The notes under the pieces are model-generated. The model had not been told where the DNA came from. It made no database searches and saw only the letters and a program-made list of their open reading frames with translations. Of a DNA stretch of 64,000 nt, positions 38,357-50,898 are shown piece after piece. Within the stretch, counting starts at the first letter, position 1, and every line of letters starts with the position of its first letter. Source of the stretch: Lytechinus pictus (Eukaryota); the NCBI RefSeq assembly GCF_037042905.1, contig NC_087261.1, positions 1,612,001 through 1,676,000 on the forward strand, given 5' to 3'. Position numbers and translations under genes: made by a program.

Positions 38357-40467
38357 ACAAGTGGAATGCCTCTGGCGGTCTCACCTGCATCACGCGATTC
38401 AATATAGCAGCAGTGCTGACTTTAAAAACTGCTATAAAATAATTGTTCACAAAAAATACTACGTTCATTGACATTTGACCTTGATCATGTGACCTAAAAC
38501 TTGTCAGTGATACTTGATTACCATTATATCCACATTTTATACACTTTATCTATAAACTTGAAAGTTATGACCGCAATCTAATTACCTCTAAGATGGCCAA
38601 AGTTCAATGACGTTTGACTTTGGTCATGTGACCTGAAACTCGCATGAGATGTTCAGTGATACTTGATGACTCTTATTTCCAAGTTTTATGAACTACACCA
38701 ATATACTTACAGAGTTATGATGGTAATTCAACAAATGAAGAGCTCACTTGCAAAAGGGGTTAGGTCCATTTTTCATCAAATTTGATTTTTGGGTCTCTAT
38801 GTATATATTTTTAGTAGCTCTCTAAGATGATACCAAAGAAAAGTTGAAATTCCTATTTAAAAGTGATCAAAAATGGCAAAGAAATATTACCTTTTTTTTT
38901 CAAAAGGGGTTAGGTCCATGTTAGTTTAGTTGCAAAAGGGATTAGGTCCACACCGATTTTTTTTTTTGGAAAAGAATATTTAAAAAAATGAAGAATGGTA
39001 GATTTATTTTATTACCAATTTTATGTTGTCATGGTAGGGAATCTTGAAAATTTAGTTTCGCATAAGAATATGCAATATAGCAGAATTAAAAAAAAAGATT
39101 TTCTTGGAGTGGACCTAAGCCCTTTTGCAAACAAACTCTTCTGAAGAGCTCATTTGTCAAAAGGGGTGAGGTCCATTGTTCATAAATTTTATTGTTATCT
39201 GTCTCTAAACCTCTAATTTTTTTGTCGTTTTGATGAAAACAAAGAAAATTTGAAATTTACATGAAAACGTGAAAAAAGTGGCAAAGAAAAATCACTTTTT
39301 TAATCAAAATAGATTGGATTCATTTCAGTTTACTTGCAAAAGGGCTTAGGTTCACAATGATAATTTTTAAAAGAATTTATAGAAAAAAAATTGAAGACAG
39401 TTAGATTTCTTTTATACCCAATTTTATGTTCACATGATAAGGTAGTACATCATGACAATTTAGTTTCTCATAAGAATATTGCAGTTAGTGAAAATAAAAA
39501 CATGTTTTTTCTCAGAATGGTCCAAAGTGGACCTAAGCTCTTTTGCAACTAAACTCTTCAAATACACCCAACATGGCCAAAGTCCATTGACCTTTGACCT
39601 TGATCATGTGGCCTGAAACTCGACAAGATGTTCAGTGATACTTGGTTACTCTAATGTCCACGTTTTATGAACTAGATCAATACACTTACAGAGATAAGAT
39701 GGTAATTCAACAAATACCCCCAACATGGCCAAAAATCATTGACCTTAAATGACCTTTGACCCTGTTCATGTGACCTAAAACTTGTCAGTGATACTTGATT
39801 ACCAATCTATCCACATTTTATACACTATATATATAAACTTGAAAGTTATTACAGCAATCTAATAATTACATCTAAGATGGCCAAAGTTCAATGACCTTAA
39901 ATTACCTTTGACTTTGGTCATGTGACCTGAAACTCGCATGAGATGTTCAGTGATACTTGATGACTCTTATTTCTAAGTTTTTATGAACTATACCAATATA
40001 CTTACAGAGTTATGATGGTAAATCAACAAATACCCCCAACATGGCCAAAGTCCATTGACCTTTGACCTTGATCATGTGACCTGAAACTCAAGCAGGATGT
40101 TTAGTAATACTTGATTAACCTAATGTTCAAGTTTCATGAACTAGGTCCATATATTTTCTAAGTTATGATGACATTTCAAAAACTTAACCTTAGGTTAAGA
40201 TTTTGATGTTGATTCCCCCAACATGGTCTAATTTCATTGACCCTGAATGACCTTTGACCTTGGTCATGTGACCTAAATCTCAGGCAGGATGTTCAGTAAT
40301 ACTTGATTAACCTTATGGCCAAGTTTCATGAACTAGGTTTATATACTTTCTAAGTTATGCTGTCATTTCAAAAACTTAACCTTCGGTTATGATTTGGTGT
40401 TGACGCCGCCGCCGCCGTCGGAAAAGCGGCGCCTATAGTCTCACTCTGCTATGCAGGTGATACAAAA
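38357..40467 (+). mobile_element. Helentron-associated non-autonomous element (HINE; Tsp/pearl-like architecture) with internal 150-180-bp tandem repeats
   Basis: 5' subterminal gtctcacctgcat; 3' gtctcactctgctatgcaggtgatac hairpin plus A-run; (GCC)n microsatellite before the 3' end; repeats with a TGACCTTTGACCT core. Confidence 0.8.
38737..39559. mobile_element. Head-to-tail dimer of an approximately 410-bp TIR element with 4-bp AAAT TSD (Sola-like)
   Basis: AAAT|gaagagctcacttgcaaaaggggttaggtcca ... aaactcttc t gaagagctc ... tggacctaagctcttttgcaactaaactcttc|AAAT. Confidence 0.75.
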
Positions 40468-40748
40468 GTAATCGGAAATAGATGAAAATACACGAATCTA
40501 AGATATTCTACTTTTTCTAGTGCATAACTAATAAAGTAATGGATGACAGCTATACTATGATGCCTTTAGTAACTTAATTAACGGGTCAATAATTATTATT
40601 GAGAGGCTCGGCTAGTAAAAAGTGCGAATACCGTAAAAACCTGATAAATATTTAAGATTAATATTGGGATGAAATATCGACTTGGGCTGATTAAAAAAAA
40701 ATTACAAACCCATATTTTCAAAATAAAATAGACGTATGATTGAGTTAC

Positions 40749-40849
40749 CCGTAATAAAGCTGAAAACGAAGGCCCAGAAGATGGTCATGAGCATAGCTGC
40801 ACAGCTGTACCAGGCGTATGACAATGAATATAGACTGGCTATGGCTGGT
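40749..40849 (-). CDS. SLC5 symporter exon (last TM helix)
   Basis: tttttcag|A CCA...ACG G|gtaac; PAIASLYSLSYAWYSCAAMLMTIFWAFVFSFIT; 101 nt. Confidence 0.9.
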
Positions 40850-40964
40850 CTGAAAAATATTGAAGAGCGGTATACGATGGAAAGAGATGTAAAGGGGATT
40901 GAAAACATGAAAGATTGAACAATTAATAACGACAAAAAATGATAGTAATAAGGATGTTCATAAC

Positions 40965-41231
40965 GGATGACGATGATGATGGTGACGATGACGATGATGA
41001 TGATGAGGAATGATGATCATGATGATGATGATGATGATGATGCGGGTGAAAATGATGGTGATAATAATGATGAAAATGAGGATGAATATTTGTTTGTTTG
41101 TTTGTTTGTATTTATTTCCATATAAAGAGAATACAATATATACATGCTCAAATTTAACAAATCGAATAGATCATATAAAATATGAAGGATGGCACATTTC
41201 AGCGGTATTAACAAAATACCACTATTCTTCT

Positions 41232-41284
<53 letters not shown>

Positions 41285-41331
41285 CATGATGATGATGACT
41301 TTAATTATAATGGTACTGATTGTGATGATGG

Positions 41332-41376
<45 letters not shown>

Positions 41377-41597
41377 CTTTAATTNNNNNNNNNNNNNNNN
41401 NNNNNNNNNNNNNNNNNNNNNNNNNNNNNNNNNNNNNNNNNNNNNNNNNNNNNNNNNNNNNNNNNNNNNNNNNNNNNNNNNNNNNNNNNNNNNNNNNNNN
41501 NNNNNNNNNNNNNNNNNNNNNNNNNNTACTGATTGTGATGATGATGATGATGATGATGATGACTTTAACTATAATGGTACTGATTGTGATGATGGTG

Positions 41598-41628
<31 letters not shown>

Positions 41629-41672
41629 CTTTAATTATAATGGTACTGATTGTGATGATGGTGATGATGATG

Positions 41673-41703
<31 letters not shown>

Positions 41704-41775
41704 CTTTAATTATAATGGTACTGATTGTGATGATGATGATGATGACTTTAATTATAATGGTACTGATTGTGATGA

Positions 41776-41806
<31 letters not shown>

Positions 41807-41846
41807 GATGATGATGACTTTAATTATAATGGTACTGATTGTGATG

Positions 41847-41877
<31 letters not shown>

Positions 41878-41901
41878 CTTTAATTATAATGGTACTGATT
41901 G

Positions 41902-41949
<48 letters not shown>

Positions 41950-41993
41950 CTTTAATTATAATGGTACTGAGTGTGATGATGGTGATGATGATG

Positions 41994-42024
<31 letters not shown>

Positions 42025-42314
42025 CTTTANNNNNNNNNNNNNNNNNNNNNNNNNNNNNNNNNNNNNNNNNNNNNNNNNNNNNNNNNNNNNNNNNNNNNNN
42101 NNNNNNNNNNNNNNNNNNNNNNNNNNNNNNNNNNNNNNNNNNNNNNNNNNNNNNNNNNNNNNNNNNNNNNNNNNNNNNNNNNNNNNNNNNNNNNNNNNNN
42201 NNNNNNNNNNNNNNNNNNNNNNNNNNNNNNNNNNNNNNNNNNNNNNNNNNNNNNNNNNNNNNNNNNNNNNNNNNNNNNNNNNNNNNNCTGAGTGTGATGA
42301 TGGTGATGATGATG

Positions 42315-42345
<31 letters not shown>

Positions 42346-42371
42346 CTTTAATTATAATGGTACTGATTGTG

Positions 42372-42402
<31 letters not shown>

Positions 42403-42443
42403 CTTTAATTATAATGGTACTGATTGTGATGATGGTGATGATG

Positions 42444-42474
<31 letters not shown>

Positions 42475-42498
42475 CTTTAATTATAATGGTACTGATTG

Positions 42499-42552
<54 letters not shown>

Positions 42553-42680
42553 CTTTAATTATAATGGTACTGATTGTGATGATGGTGATGATGCTGATGA
42601 CTTTAATTATAATGGTAGTGATTGTGATGATGGTGATGATGATGGTGATGATGATGATGACGATGATCATGATGATAGCG
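40965..42680. repeat. (GAT)n microsatellite and compound minisatellite GACTTTAATTATAATGGTACTGATTGT(GAT)n, intronic, with two assembly gaps
   Basis: Directly visible; N runs at 41385-41526 and 42030-42287. Confidence 0.95.
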
Positions 42681-42909
42681 TGGTGGTGGTGTTGGTGAAA
42701 ACGAAATGCACAACCAAGTTGATGGTTTAATATGTTTTAGGGTGTACTCCATATTACATATTCTATAGCTACATAAATTGCATTTAGATTTCCGTTCGTT
42801 CAACAACAAAAATTCAAATCGAATAATAACGGAGATGGCATGAGTTCAACTTGCAGCTAGACGAAAGGTTTGAAATAGGTTATTAGAACATACAGTAACA
42901 GTTCCGTAC

Positions 42910-43100
42910 CTTTCCACTGGTGGTTCCATTGTCGAAGAATTCATCAAGTTATCGAACATAGCTGTTGTCATGGTTTCCATAGTAACGTTACATCCATCTA
43001 TGCTTAACGGTGGTTTCACCGATGAGGGCGGGTAGATCTGTGCTCCAATACCAATCCAGAGAGACCATGTCAATCCAAACAAGGTGCCGACGAACGCCCC
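42910..43100 (-). CDS. SLC5 symporter exon
   Basis: cacgaag|GGG GCG...GAA AG|gtac; [25 protein letters not shown]...CNVT; 191 nt. Confidence 0.92.
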
Positions 43101-43788
43101 CTTCGTGAGAAAGAAGAAAAGTGGAATACGATTGTGGATACCCATTGTTTTCAAGTGTCCACCCAGACATGTTACATTTTATTCATTTTTTAATACCAAG
43201 TTCCTAAAAAAAACATTTCACACACACACACACACTCCTAAATGCATACATGTCATTAAATGAAAACAGCAATATTCGGTAATAAAAGGGAAATACAACA
43301 GAATGACCAATATTATATGTATATAATTATGAAAAACATACCAAAATTGAACAGACAACAATAATTGCTTGAAATTAATTTTACTGCACCCATACATCTC
43401 TACGGCATTGTATATTGTCTCTCTAGATATTCTATAGCTCATATTTTCAATGAACCCTTAGACTAATCGCTAGATATTAAACAGTTAATCTGATGAAGGC
43501 AAGAAGACTATTAGAATATGCACTCGCCACGCGATGCCTCGTTGTAAAATAAGGGTAAGGTTATAACCATAAATTTGAAGAAACTTTGTTTTCATGTCAA
43601 CGGCAATACTTCAACCTAAGGATTCACTCATTTAAAGCATGGGCTCTAGTAGGGTCCATGTTTAAAACAAAGTATCGGCCTCGTGCTGGAGATGTTATTA
43701 GCACTTTGGAAAGGGTATTTCTCATGACGTTGGTTTTTGGAGGAAATGGCCTGTTCCTGTTTGTACTTGAAATTTTTACTCTACTTAC

Positions 43789-43875
43789 TGCAGAGTTTAT
43801 CCAAGGAAAGAGCATTCCTGATGTGTATAGGCCAAGAAGAGGGCCCCCTATCATTCCAAATACACTGAAAGCTGC
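43789..43875 (-). CDS. SLC5 symporter exon
   Basis: tacag|GCA...GCA|gtaagt; [29 protein letters not shown]; 87 nt. Confidence 0.95.
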
Positions 43876-44621
43876 CTGTATTCAGTGGGGGGAAATATTA
43901 TAAGAGAAAATATTACTAAAAGCATTATTAAAAAAAAAAAGAATAAAAAAGAACGAGAGTAATCGGTATTATCATGATAATTCATGTTTCTTCAAATAAC
44001 AATTATTTTCAAAAGTTAATATAATATATGTGAATATGTATATTCTTTGGTATCGAAAATTTATTTTTTATTTATTTTATTTCCAGGCAAAAGACAATAA
44101 GAATATATACAAGAGGAATAAATTACCACCGACTAGTGCCTGAGGATGACTAAAAGAAAAACTAGTTTCTGTTATGAAGCTCTCCTCACTAGTCGGGGTT
44201 TACAAATATATATACAAAAATAAAATCAGATAAAATGGCAATATATGTTTAGATGCATTACTTATTAAAACATAGAACTTAATAATAAAGAGTGTTTGTT
44301 TCCATGTGCAATTATAATATCCAGTCAATATGAAGTGTTAATGTATTTAATTAAACAACTTTATGTTATTATCAGATAGTCAAGCCTATGGAGATGGAGT
44401 TGCATATATTGTGAGAACTTCAATGTTACATAAGCAGAGAATAAGCAATATAGTCGAACATGAAAACAATGAATAGCTACTAAATGATACTGTATGGACG
44501 AACGTGGTAGAGTGGATCATAGTCTCAACAAGAATGTGTTTTCAATGGCAAAGTGAAATTAAGGATAAACTCCATTCAATAATTGACCAGTTAGTTCAAA
44601 TATTGGCCATGCAACCTATAT

Positions 44622-44896
44622 GGAGCGTTGTGGCCCAGTGGATTAGTCTTCGGACTTTGAAACAGAGGGTCGTGGGTTCGAATCCCAGCCATGGCGTAAT
44701 TTCCTTCATCAAGAAACTGATCCACAGTGTGCTGCACTCTACCCAGGTGAGGTAAATGGGTACCGGTAGGAAGTAATTCCTTAAAAAGCTGTGTGCGCTA
44801 TGAACGCCTAGCTTAGCCGGGTAATATAGGAGCGCCTTGAGCACCTAACAAGGTGGATATGTGCGCAATATAAATACCCTATATTATTATTATATA
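44622..44896 (+). mobile_element. tRNA-derived SINE (full length)
   Basis: Pol III A box (tggcccagtgg) and B box (ggttcgaatcc), a body with cccaggtgaggtaaatgggtac, a LINE-like 3' tail and a (TAT)n end. Confidence 0.9.
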
Positions 44897-45067
44897 TTGA
44901 GAAAAAAAACTAGTCCAATATGTGTTGCCAAGTCCATCCGGCAACCAACCAAACAAAATCCTCGACCAACCGGTAACGATTAAATAGATTATCTGCATTC
45001 TGCATTTAGTTACGGATATATCGCTGAAACTTATGACGATATTTAGATATAATATACTATTACATAC

Positions 45068-45135
45068 ACCGAGAACACTGCCAAGTTGTGAAGAAACAAA
45101 GGCCATCGCAATGCTTAGTAATCCAAAGAAAAGAG
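45068..45135 (-). CDS. SLC5 symporter exon
   Basis: aacag|CT CTT...GGT|gtatgt; (A)LFFGLLSIAMAFVSSQLGSVLG; 68 nt. Confidence 0.88.
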
Positions 45136-45934
45136 CTGTTTGAATAGAGAGAGAGAAAAAAATTGTCAGTCAGTCAGAGTTGGCAATGATACTGCAGTCA
45201 CTGCGTCGTCGGGCAGACTCAGAAAATCAGTCATTTTGATTCGTAGTGTGACGGACTTGGCCACTCTGTAATGAAAGGTTATGATTTTTATAGCTAACTA
45301 GAACTAATGTTCGCGTCCTTTACATTTATGTGGTTAAAATGTATCCGTGAAACACATCGTGCTCATTTTTTCATGAGCGACATTAGCAAGTCAAATGGTG
45401 AACGTAATTCCTTAATCAGCTAACATGGTTCAAGAATTGTGTTTGAATTTTAATGAGTACGATAATGGTCAAAGTGAATACAATCATGACAAATGCAATA
45501 ATGACCATCATTAAGATGCGGCACTTGGGCTGAAATTTGTTCAGAGAAAAGGCACACTGTCGCATTGCACTGTCATGATTGCATTGGATCTGATCAATAT
45601 CGTATCAACAAAATCTTGAATACAATTATTATTTAATTGTTCCGTTTTTCATTACGGTAGGCATTCCCACTGTTTGTAAGTATTTAACTAGAAAGATATG
45701 GTTTATCAAAAGTTGGTCAAAATCATGTAATCATGTTTTGTTATTCAGAATATTATTTTGACATAAATGTATTTGGCATTTCATTAAATAACATCGAACG
45801 ACATTTAACCGAGAATGAATAGATAGAAAGAAATAGGAGAGATGGAATAGGGGAGTGAGGAGAAGTGGAGACATTTCTTCTGCTTAAAAAGATTATTAAC
45901 ATTGTTCTGTATTTTTCTTTTTGCATGCATTTAC

Positions 45935-46047
45935 CAAGTCCTTTGGTTATCCATGTGTAAGTTCTTTCATTCATTTTGGGCCAGATTGATTTCACAATGT
46001 CCTCTCCTACCACAGCAGCCAGTGAGTTCACTCCAGAAGACACTGTA
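45935..46047 (-). CDS. SLC5 symporter exon
   Basis: ctgtag|T ACA...CTT G|gtaaat; (S)TVSSGVNSLAAVVGEDIVK; 113 nt. Confidence 0.95.
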
Positions 46048-46669
46048 CTACAGTTTGTCAATGAAAGATGGAATGGGTCCAAAATAATAAAGTTAATGGT
46101 AAGTGAAATCATTTAATAAAATAACAATAATGCAAAAAATCTATCGAATTTTACAGCTGTAAAATTTTCATGAGCAGCTTATCCACGGATTCGACATCAC
46201 GTCTTAATACATTGTGAAGTTTACATCATGGCTTACTATCATTTTAGTGCACCTTCAACATGTTGAAGTTCAGGTATTTCTGGATAAGTCTTCGATCGGG
46301 TTATGCACATGTCTTACATAATTATTGATATTATATAAATCAAGAAACTGGTATTGTCTGGTATACATCGTTTTATCATCATGGAATAGGCATTTCTGAA
46401 GTAAAATGTAGTAACCTAGACAATAGGACACACTATATCGAAACTTTTGTATTGTACTGCTAAAATATGTCACCTTCAAGTAATATTACGAACTGGGGGA
46501 TTACCATAGGCAATGAAACTAGACATTTCAAACTTTCATAAATTTGTCGTTCCGTTTTGATGAAAGACGTTCTGATCGATTCTCTGTACAATCCTTCTTG
46601 CTAGAAATCTGTTTTCCCCGAGTGTTTTAATCTCCTTTTTAAAGAAAATCTTATATCCAATTGGCGTAC

Positions 46670-46758
46670 CTGAGGGCAGCACTGAATACGGCTGAGGTAA
46701 ACAGACCAGGTAATCCAGGCATCTTGCCAAAAAGGTACATCACAAAATAAGGCATGAG
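46670..46758 (-). CDS. SLC5 symporter exon
   Basis: ttttag|CTC ATG...CTC AG|gtac; LMPYFVMYLFGKMPGLPGLFTSAVFSAAL(S); 89 nt. Confidence 0.95.
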
Positions 46759-47436
46759 CTAAAAACAAAAGAAGAAGAATAAGAAAGTAACATTATAGCA
46801 GTGGCCGTTATGAGTGTCCCAGTGGTGACTAGTCGTTCTGCTTTGACAAAGAGCTACAGAGGTCCACCGCCCCCCCCCCCCCCCGATCTTTTTAAAGCCC
46901 ATCCATTGTCATGAATGTATACTATAACAGCTACTCCTGATTGGAAGTTTATTGTATAAAGGGGAAATTATTTTCCGGAAAGTTAACGTAGAGGGCCTGA
47001 CTCACAAATTTCATGTGTTAACCCAGTGATAATCCACCAATCCTCACTCGCCCTCATCAGGGGAGGTGAAGTGTTTGGCACTGGATTAGGAAGTTCGTGG
47101 GTCAGGTCCTATACGTTAACTTGGGGGGGGGGTTAGTTTCCTTATATCAACGTCTCATCTGAATTAGAGTAACATGATGGCAGAGGTAAAAAAATCACAA
47201 ACCAACAATCCTAGGGGAAAAATCATTCACTAATGATTCCCTATTAAAAAAAAAGGGTTCCTGTAAAAGTGTTCATATGGAAAGTACATGAGGTCAACAT
47301 GAAACTTGGCATAACGTACTTAAGTTATGCTGAACATTAAAAAAGTACAATTAAAACCATAACCCTACATCTTCGAGAAATGAGGACAGAAGCAATTGCC
47401 GCGGCAAGCGAAGAAAATCTTTTGACCTCTACTTAC

Positions 47437-47566
47437 CTGATCTGATTTGGATACATATCCCATCGTCAGAGGGTCACAATCAGCGAAGTTAGCGTACATA
47501 ACGATTCCAGAAATACACGCTGCTGTCACCACGATGATCATGCCAACAATAGCAATGAACAGAGAC
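47437..47566 (-). CDS. SLC5 symporter exon
   Basis: aacag|G TCT...CAG|gtaagt; SLFIAIVGMIIVVTAACISGIVMYANFADCDPLTMGYVSKSDQ; 130 nt. Confidence 0.95.
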
Positions 47567-48014
47567 CTGTTACAAATTACAATAAAGCCATGACTATACG
47601 TGAATTTCTCTTGGAAGCAAGTCAACATTCCGAAAACTTTTCCTAATGCGTTGATCTCACATCATGTAAGATAATACAGCATTCGCATGATAACGAAGGA
47701 ATCGAAGGAAAATGGGAATCCGAATTGATATGGACCATTTTAGAAAGTCATAATACAATGAACATGATTGACCACAAACCAATGACTCTTCTGTACTGTA
47801 CTAATTCAGTGCTTGATATCATCCTTTCGATTTAGTCAAATGTTTATATATAATTTGTATCTTATCTGATATTCAAGTGATTAAATAGACGCAATAGACA
47901 TGATAGACAATTCAAACAAGTGCAAGATAGGCTTAATGATTATGCAAATTATGAAATTATTTATTGGTTGTCAACATTAACCCGACCGGCTAAAATCAAT
48001 TAAGATATACCTAC

Positions 48015-48155
48015 AGTAAAGCAGTCTTTTCCGATCCACACGTCAGGTATCTCTGAACTTGTGACTGGTTGACAGCATATAGAGTGCCCCAGAAGAATGT
48101 TCCTCCAACAACAACTGTCCAGAAAGTATGGCGTACAGTTGGGTCTGGATTGAAG
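48015..48155 (-). CDS. SLC5 symporter exon
   Basis: ccctag|C TTC...TTA CT|gtaggt; [39 protein letters not shown]; 141 nt. Confidence 0.95.
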
Positions 48156-48469
48156 CTAGGGAGAAAGGAAGTGATTGAAGTCATTGACTTACTTGTTTTC
48201 TTAACTTTTTACGTGAGCATTGACCTAATTATGCCTTTCTTTTACATTTAGGTCTTTTTTTATGTTAAAGAGTAACGAATATATGTCATCAAGAGGTGCT
48301 TAATTATTTTAGGTCTCCTGGGCATATTCATGTTTCTCTTTAGTTAGTAAAGCATCAAAGCTAACAAGATATATTTAATCCACAAAATATGCGGTAAAAT
48401 CAATATACGAAATATGTAACATCAGTACACATGAAAAAGACAACAAGCAATAGAGCTATACGGACTCAC

Positions 48470-48624
48470 TCCCAAATATCAAGTCGCCCGCCCTCTCCGG
48501 CGATCCGCCAAGCCTCGCTGAATCCATTCAAGTTCATGGAACCAGCGATGATGACAGCGAGGAATCCGGCCATCATGACAGTCACTTGAAATGTATCGGT
48601 CCATAGTACAGCTTTCATTCCACC
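48470..48624 (-). CDS. SLC5 symporter exon
   Basis: aaaag|GGT GGA...TGG GA|gtgagt; sodium:solute symporter signature GGMKAVLWTDTFQ; 155 nt. Confidence 0.96.
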
Positions 48625-49509
48625 CTTTTACAAATTTAGATCATTGAAAAGGGTAAATTGTTATTCTGAGGGATTGATAATACTGCAATGATGATCAACG
48701 ATTATTAATGATAAAGTCTGCTTTTCAGGCCCTTCACTCCAGTTAACCCTAAAAGGACTGGGGGCCATGATGCCCCCCCCCCCCTCCCCCTTAATGCTTT
48801 GTGCGATATTTCCGAAGATAGCGCCGCAAAAATTTTTTTTTTATTTTTTTTTTAAGTCTCGCGCAATTTTGGAGACCAATTTCGCGATATACGGGTATTA
48901 TTATATCGCGACGCTACGTGACTTTTTACGAAAAAACAGCAAGTTTGTTTATGCGCTATAGTCTTGTGCATGTTGTGTGAAGATTCATTTGACGATCAAA
49001 GTTTCAATCAGGGTCTGTGTCTGCAAAATAGATGATGGTGATTAATGTTACAGTGATTTTCGTTCTGAATTTGTTTAATGTATCTTATGTGGTAGGCCTA
49101 TGTATCTACAAGGTAATAATCCTAATCTTAAGATTGCAATTCGATTTATCGAATCTGGCACTGTAAAGTTTACAAACGAATATTCTATACAATATGACGT
49201 AATAGAAGAATTAAATATCCATAGATATGAATAACAATATGATTAAATAATAGCTGGAGTAATCAAGGAGGCTGCTCTGTGGAATGCCACAACTTTTAGA
49301 TCGTAACGCTGGCATATTTATTTACATAATTATATTGTTTTCTTCTTGAATAGTAATGATTGCACCATTCTAAGACTTTCCCTTAGATTTTCACCGTAGA
49401 TTGAAAGCTTAAGTATCTATATACAGGGATGTCATTCTTGATTGTATCGAAAGACCCATAAAAGTCCGGGAATATTACTATATATGTGGTTATCAATGAT
49501 AATACTTAC

Positions 49510-49577
49510 GATAGTGGTGTAGAATGTACAGACAATGCCTATCGCCAAAACGGATCCCCACAGATGCAAACCGCTCA
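49510..49577 (-). CDS. SLC5 symporter exon
   Basis: ttccag|TG AGC...ATC|gtaagt; (V)SGLHLWGSVLAIGIVCTFYTTI; 68 nt. Confidence 0.95.
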
Positions 49578-50028
49578 CTGGAAAGAAATATTCCAATGAT
49601 TAGTCTTAACGTCGGCACACAATTTTTTTTTGGGAAATTCATCAAAATAAAAACAATGAATAGGGGGCTTCAAGAAGGTATACAAATTATTTCTTTACAA
49701 CTCTAACTTCGTGATCGTAAAAATATCGAAACCTTATATGTCTGAACTACAGAACGATCTTTCCCAGCACATGTGCAGGTAATTTTCTGACATAGTGGGG
49801 AGTTAAAGAAAAATGGCACTATGCAAATTATGCTCATCATCATCATCATAAATGAAAATTGTTAAATTTTTGATCATTTGGAAATCCAGACAATAATCAT
49901 GACAAAATGGGAAAGGATGCTTTTATGTTAAGTTTTGGTATCCTGATCACAAAAAAAATTACATTAGTTTCCCTCTTTTTGCCTCTTTTCTTCTAAAGCA
50001 TCATTGAGGCCTAAAGTTGACTCTCAAC

Positions 50029-50257
50029 CATAGGCGGCGAAAGCGGGGGGGGGGACGTGCCCCCCTAAATTTTAGGTGGGGGGACGATCCCCCCCCCCTA
50101 AATTTTTTGTTGGTAACCTTTTTTTTTTTGCTAGTCAATTTTTTTTCCTGCGTCCCCCCTATAATTTGTGGTTGATAACCTTTTTTTCCTTTTTTTTTTG
50201 CTTGTCAAAAAATTGTTTGGTGGTCCCCCCTAAATTTGTTGGCTTCCGCCGCCAATG
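50029..50257. mobile_element. hAT-type MITE with perfect 8-bp TSD
   Basis: CTCTCAAC|cataggcggcg ... ccgccgccaatg|CTCTCAAC. Confidence 0.9.
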
Positions 50258-50427
50258 CTCTCAACAGATTTAAAGAAATTCAATCGTCCATCGGTTCCCC
50301 GTCCCTTTTCATTTTTTTAAAAGAGATTTAGCTGATGATCAGGTACCAAAGATGGCGGAAACTAGCTTTTCCAACGAGCATCCCCTTCAAAGAAGTTGAT
50401 ATAAGGGTAACATTTGGACATACTTAC

Positions 50428-50479
50428 CTTGGTTTAAGGCAAGGGCAGGAGCATAGATGACGATACCAAGGTATATTGC
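50428..50479 (-). CDS. SLC5A8/SLC5A12/SLC5A6-like sodium-coupled monocarboxylate/multivitamin transporter, most 5' exon found in the window
   Basis: cctacag|GCA...CAA G|gtaagt; AIYLGIVIYAPALALNQ; 52 nt. All 12 exons join in frame with GT-AG boundaries. Confidence 0.95.
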
Positions 50480-50898
50480 CTGTAGGTGGAAATACCAGTA
50501 TTTAATCCGATATTGAATTGTTTGAGCGCTTTGAAACACCCGTATTAAGCGCCGTACAAATATTATAATTATTCATTTATCATTTATTCATGATTTATTT
50601 GCCAAAAGTTTTTTTTGACGTGGATTCTCTATCCATTAACTTGTCTTTTGTAATGCCTCAAATTATTACAGAGGCTCCCTGAAATAATTCTTATATCATT
50701 AAGCCGATGACAGCAATGTGAGCAATCAATGTATAATTACCAGTCGTAAGTAATAATAAAACAAAAAACATGCCAAGTTAATTTTTTTTTCACGAACTGA
50801 ATGTTGAATGAATTAATATGAGAGTCGAAGGGAGGAGTCAATCTGGCTGGAATTTAGATAATGTTTATACATGGAAGTACATGGCACATTTCCCTTAA

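Noticed and set aside
41010-42730. Asp-rich biomineralisation-like protein (poly-D ORF) and poly-M/poly-I ORFs
   Set aside because: Trinucleotide repeat spanning N gaps inside an SLC5 intron; open in several frames; no signal peptide or splice support.
44622-44695. tRNA gene (TTG anticodon-like loop)
   Set aside because: Imperfect stems, continues into a SINE body and tail, and a second dispersed copy lies at 62040-62332.
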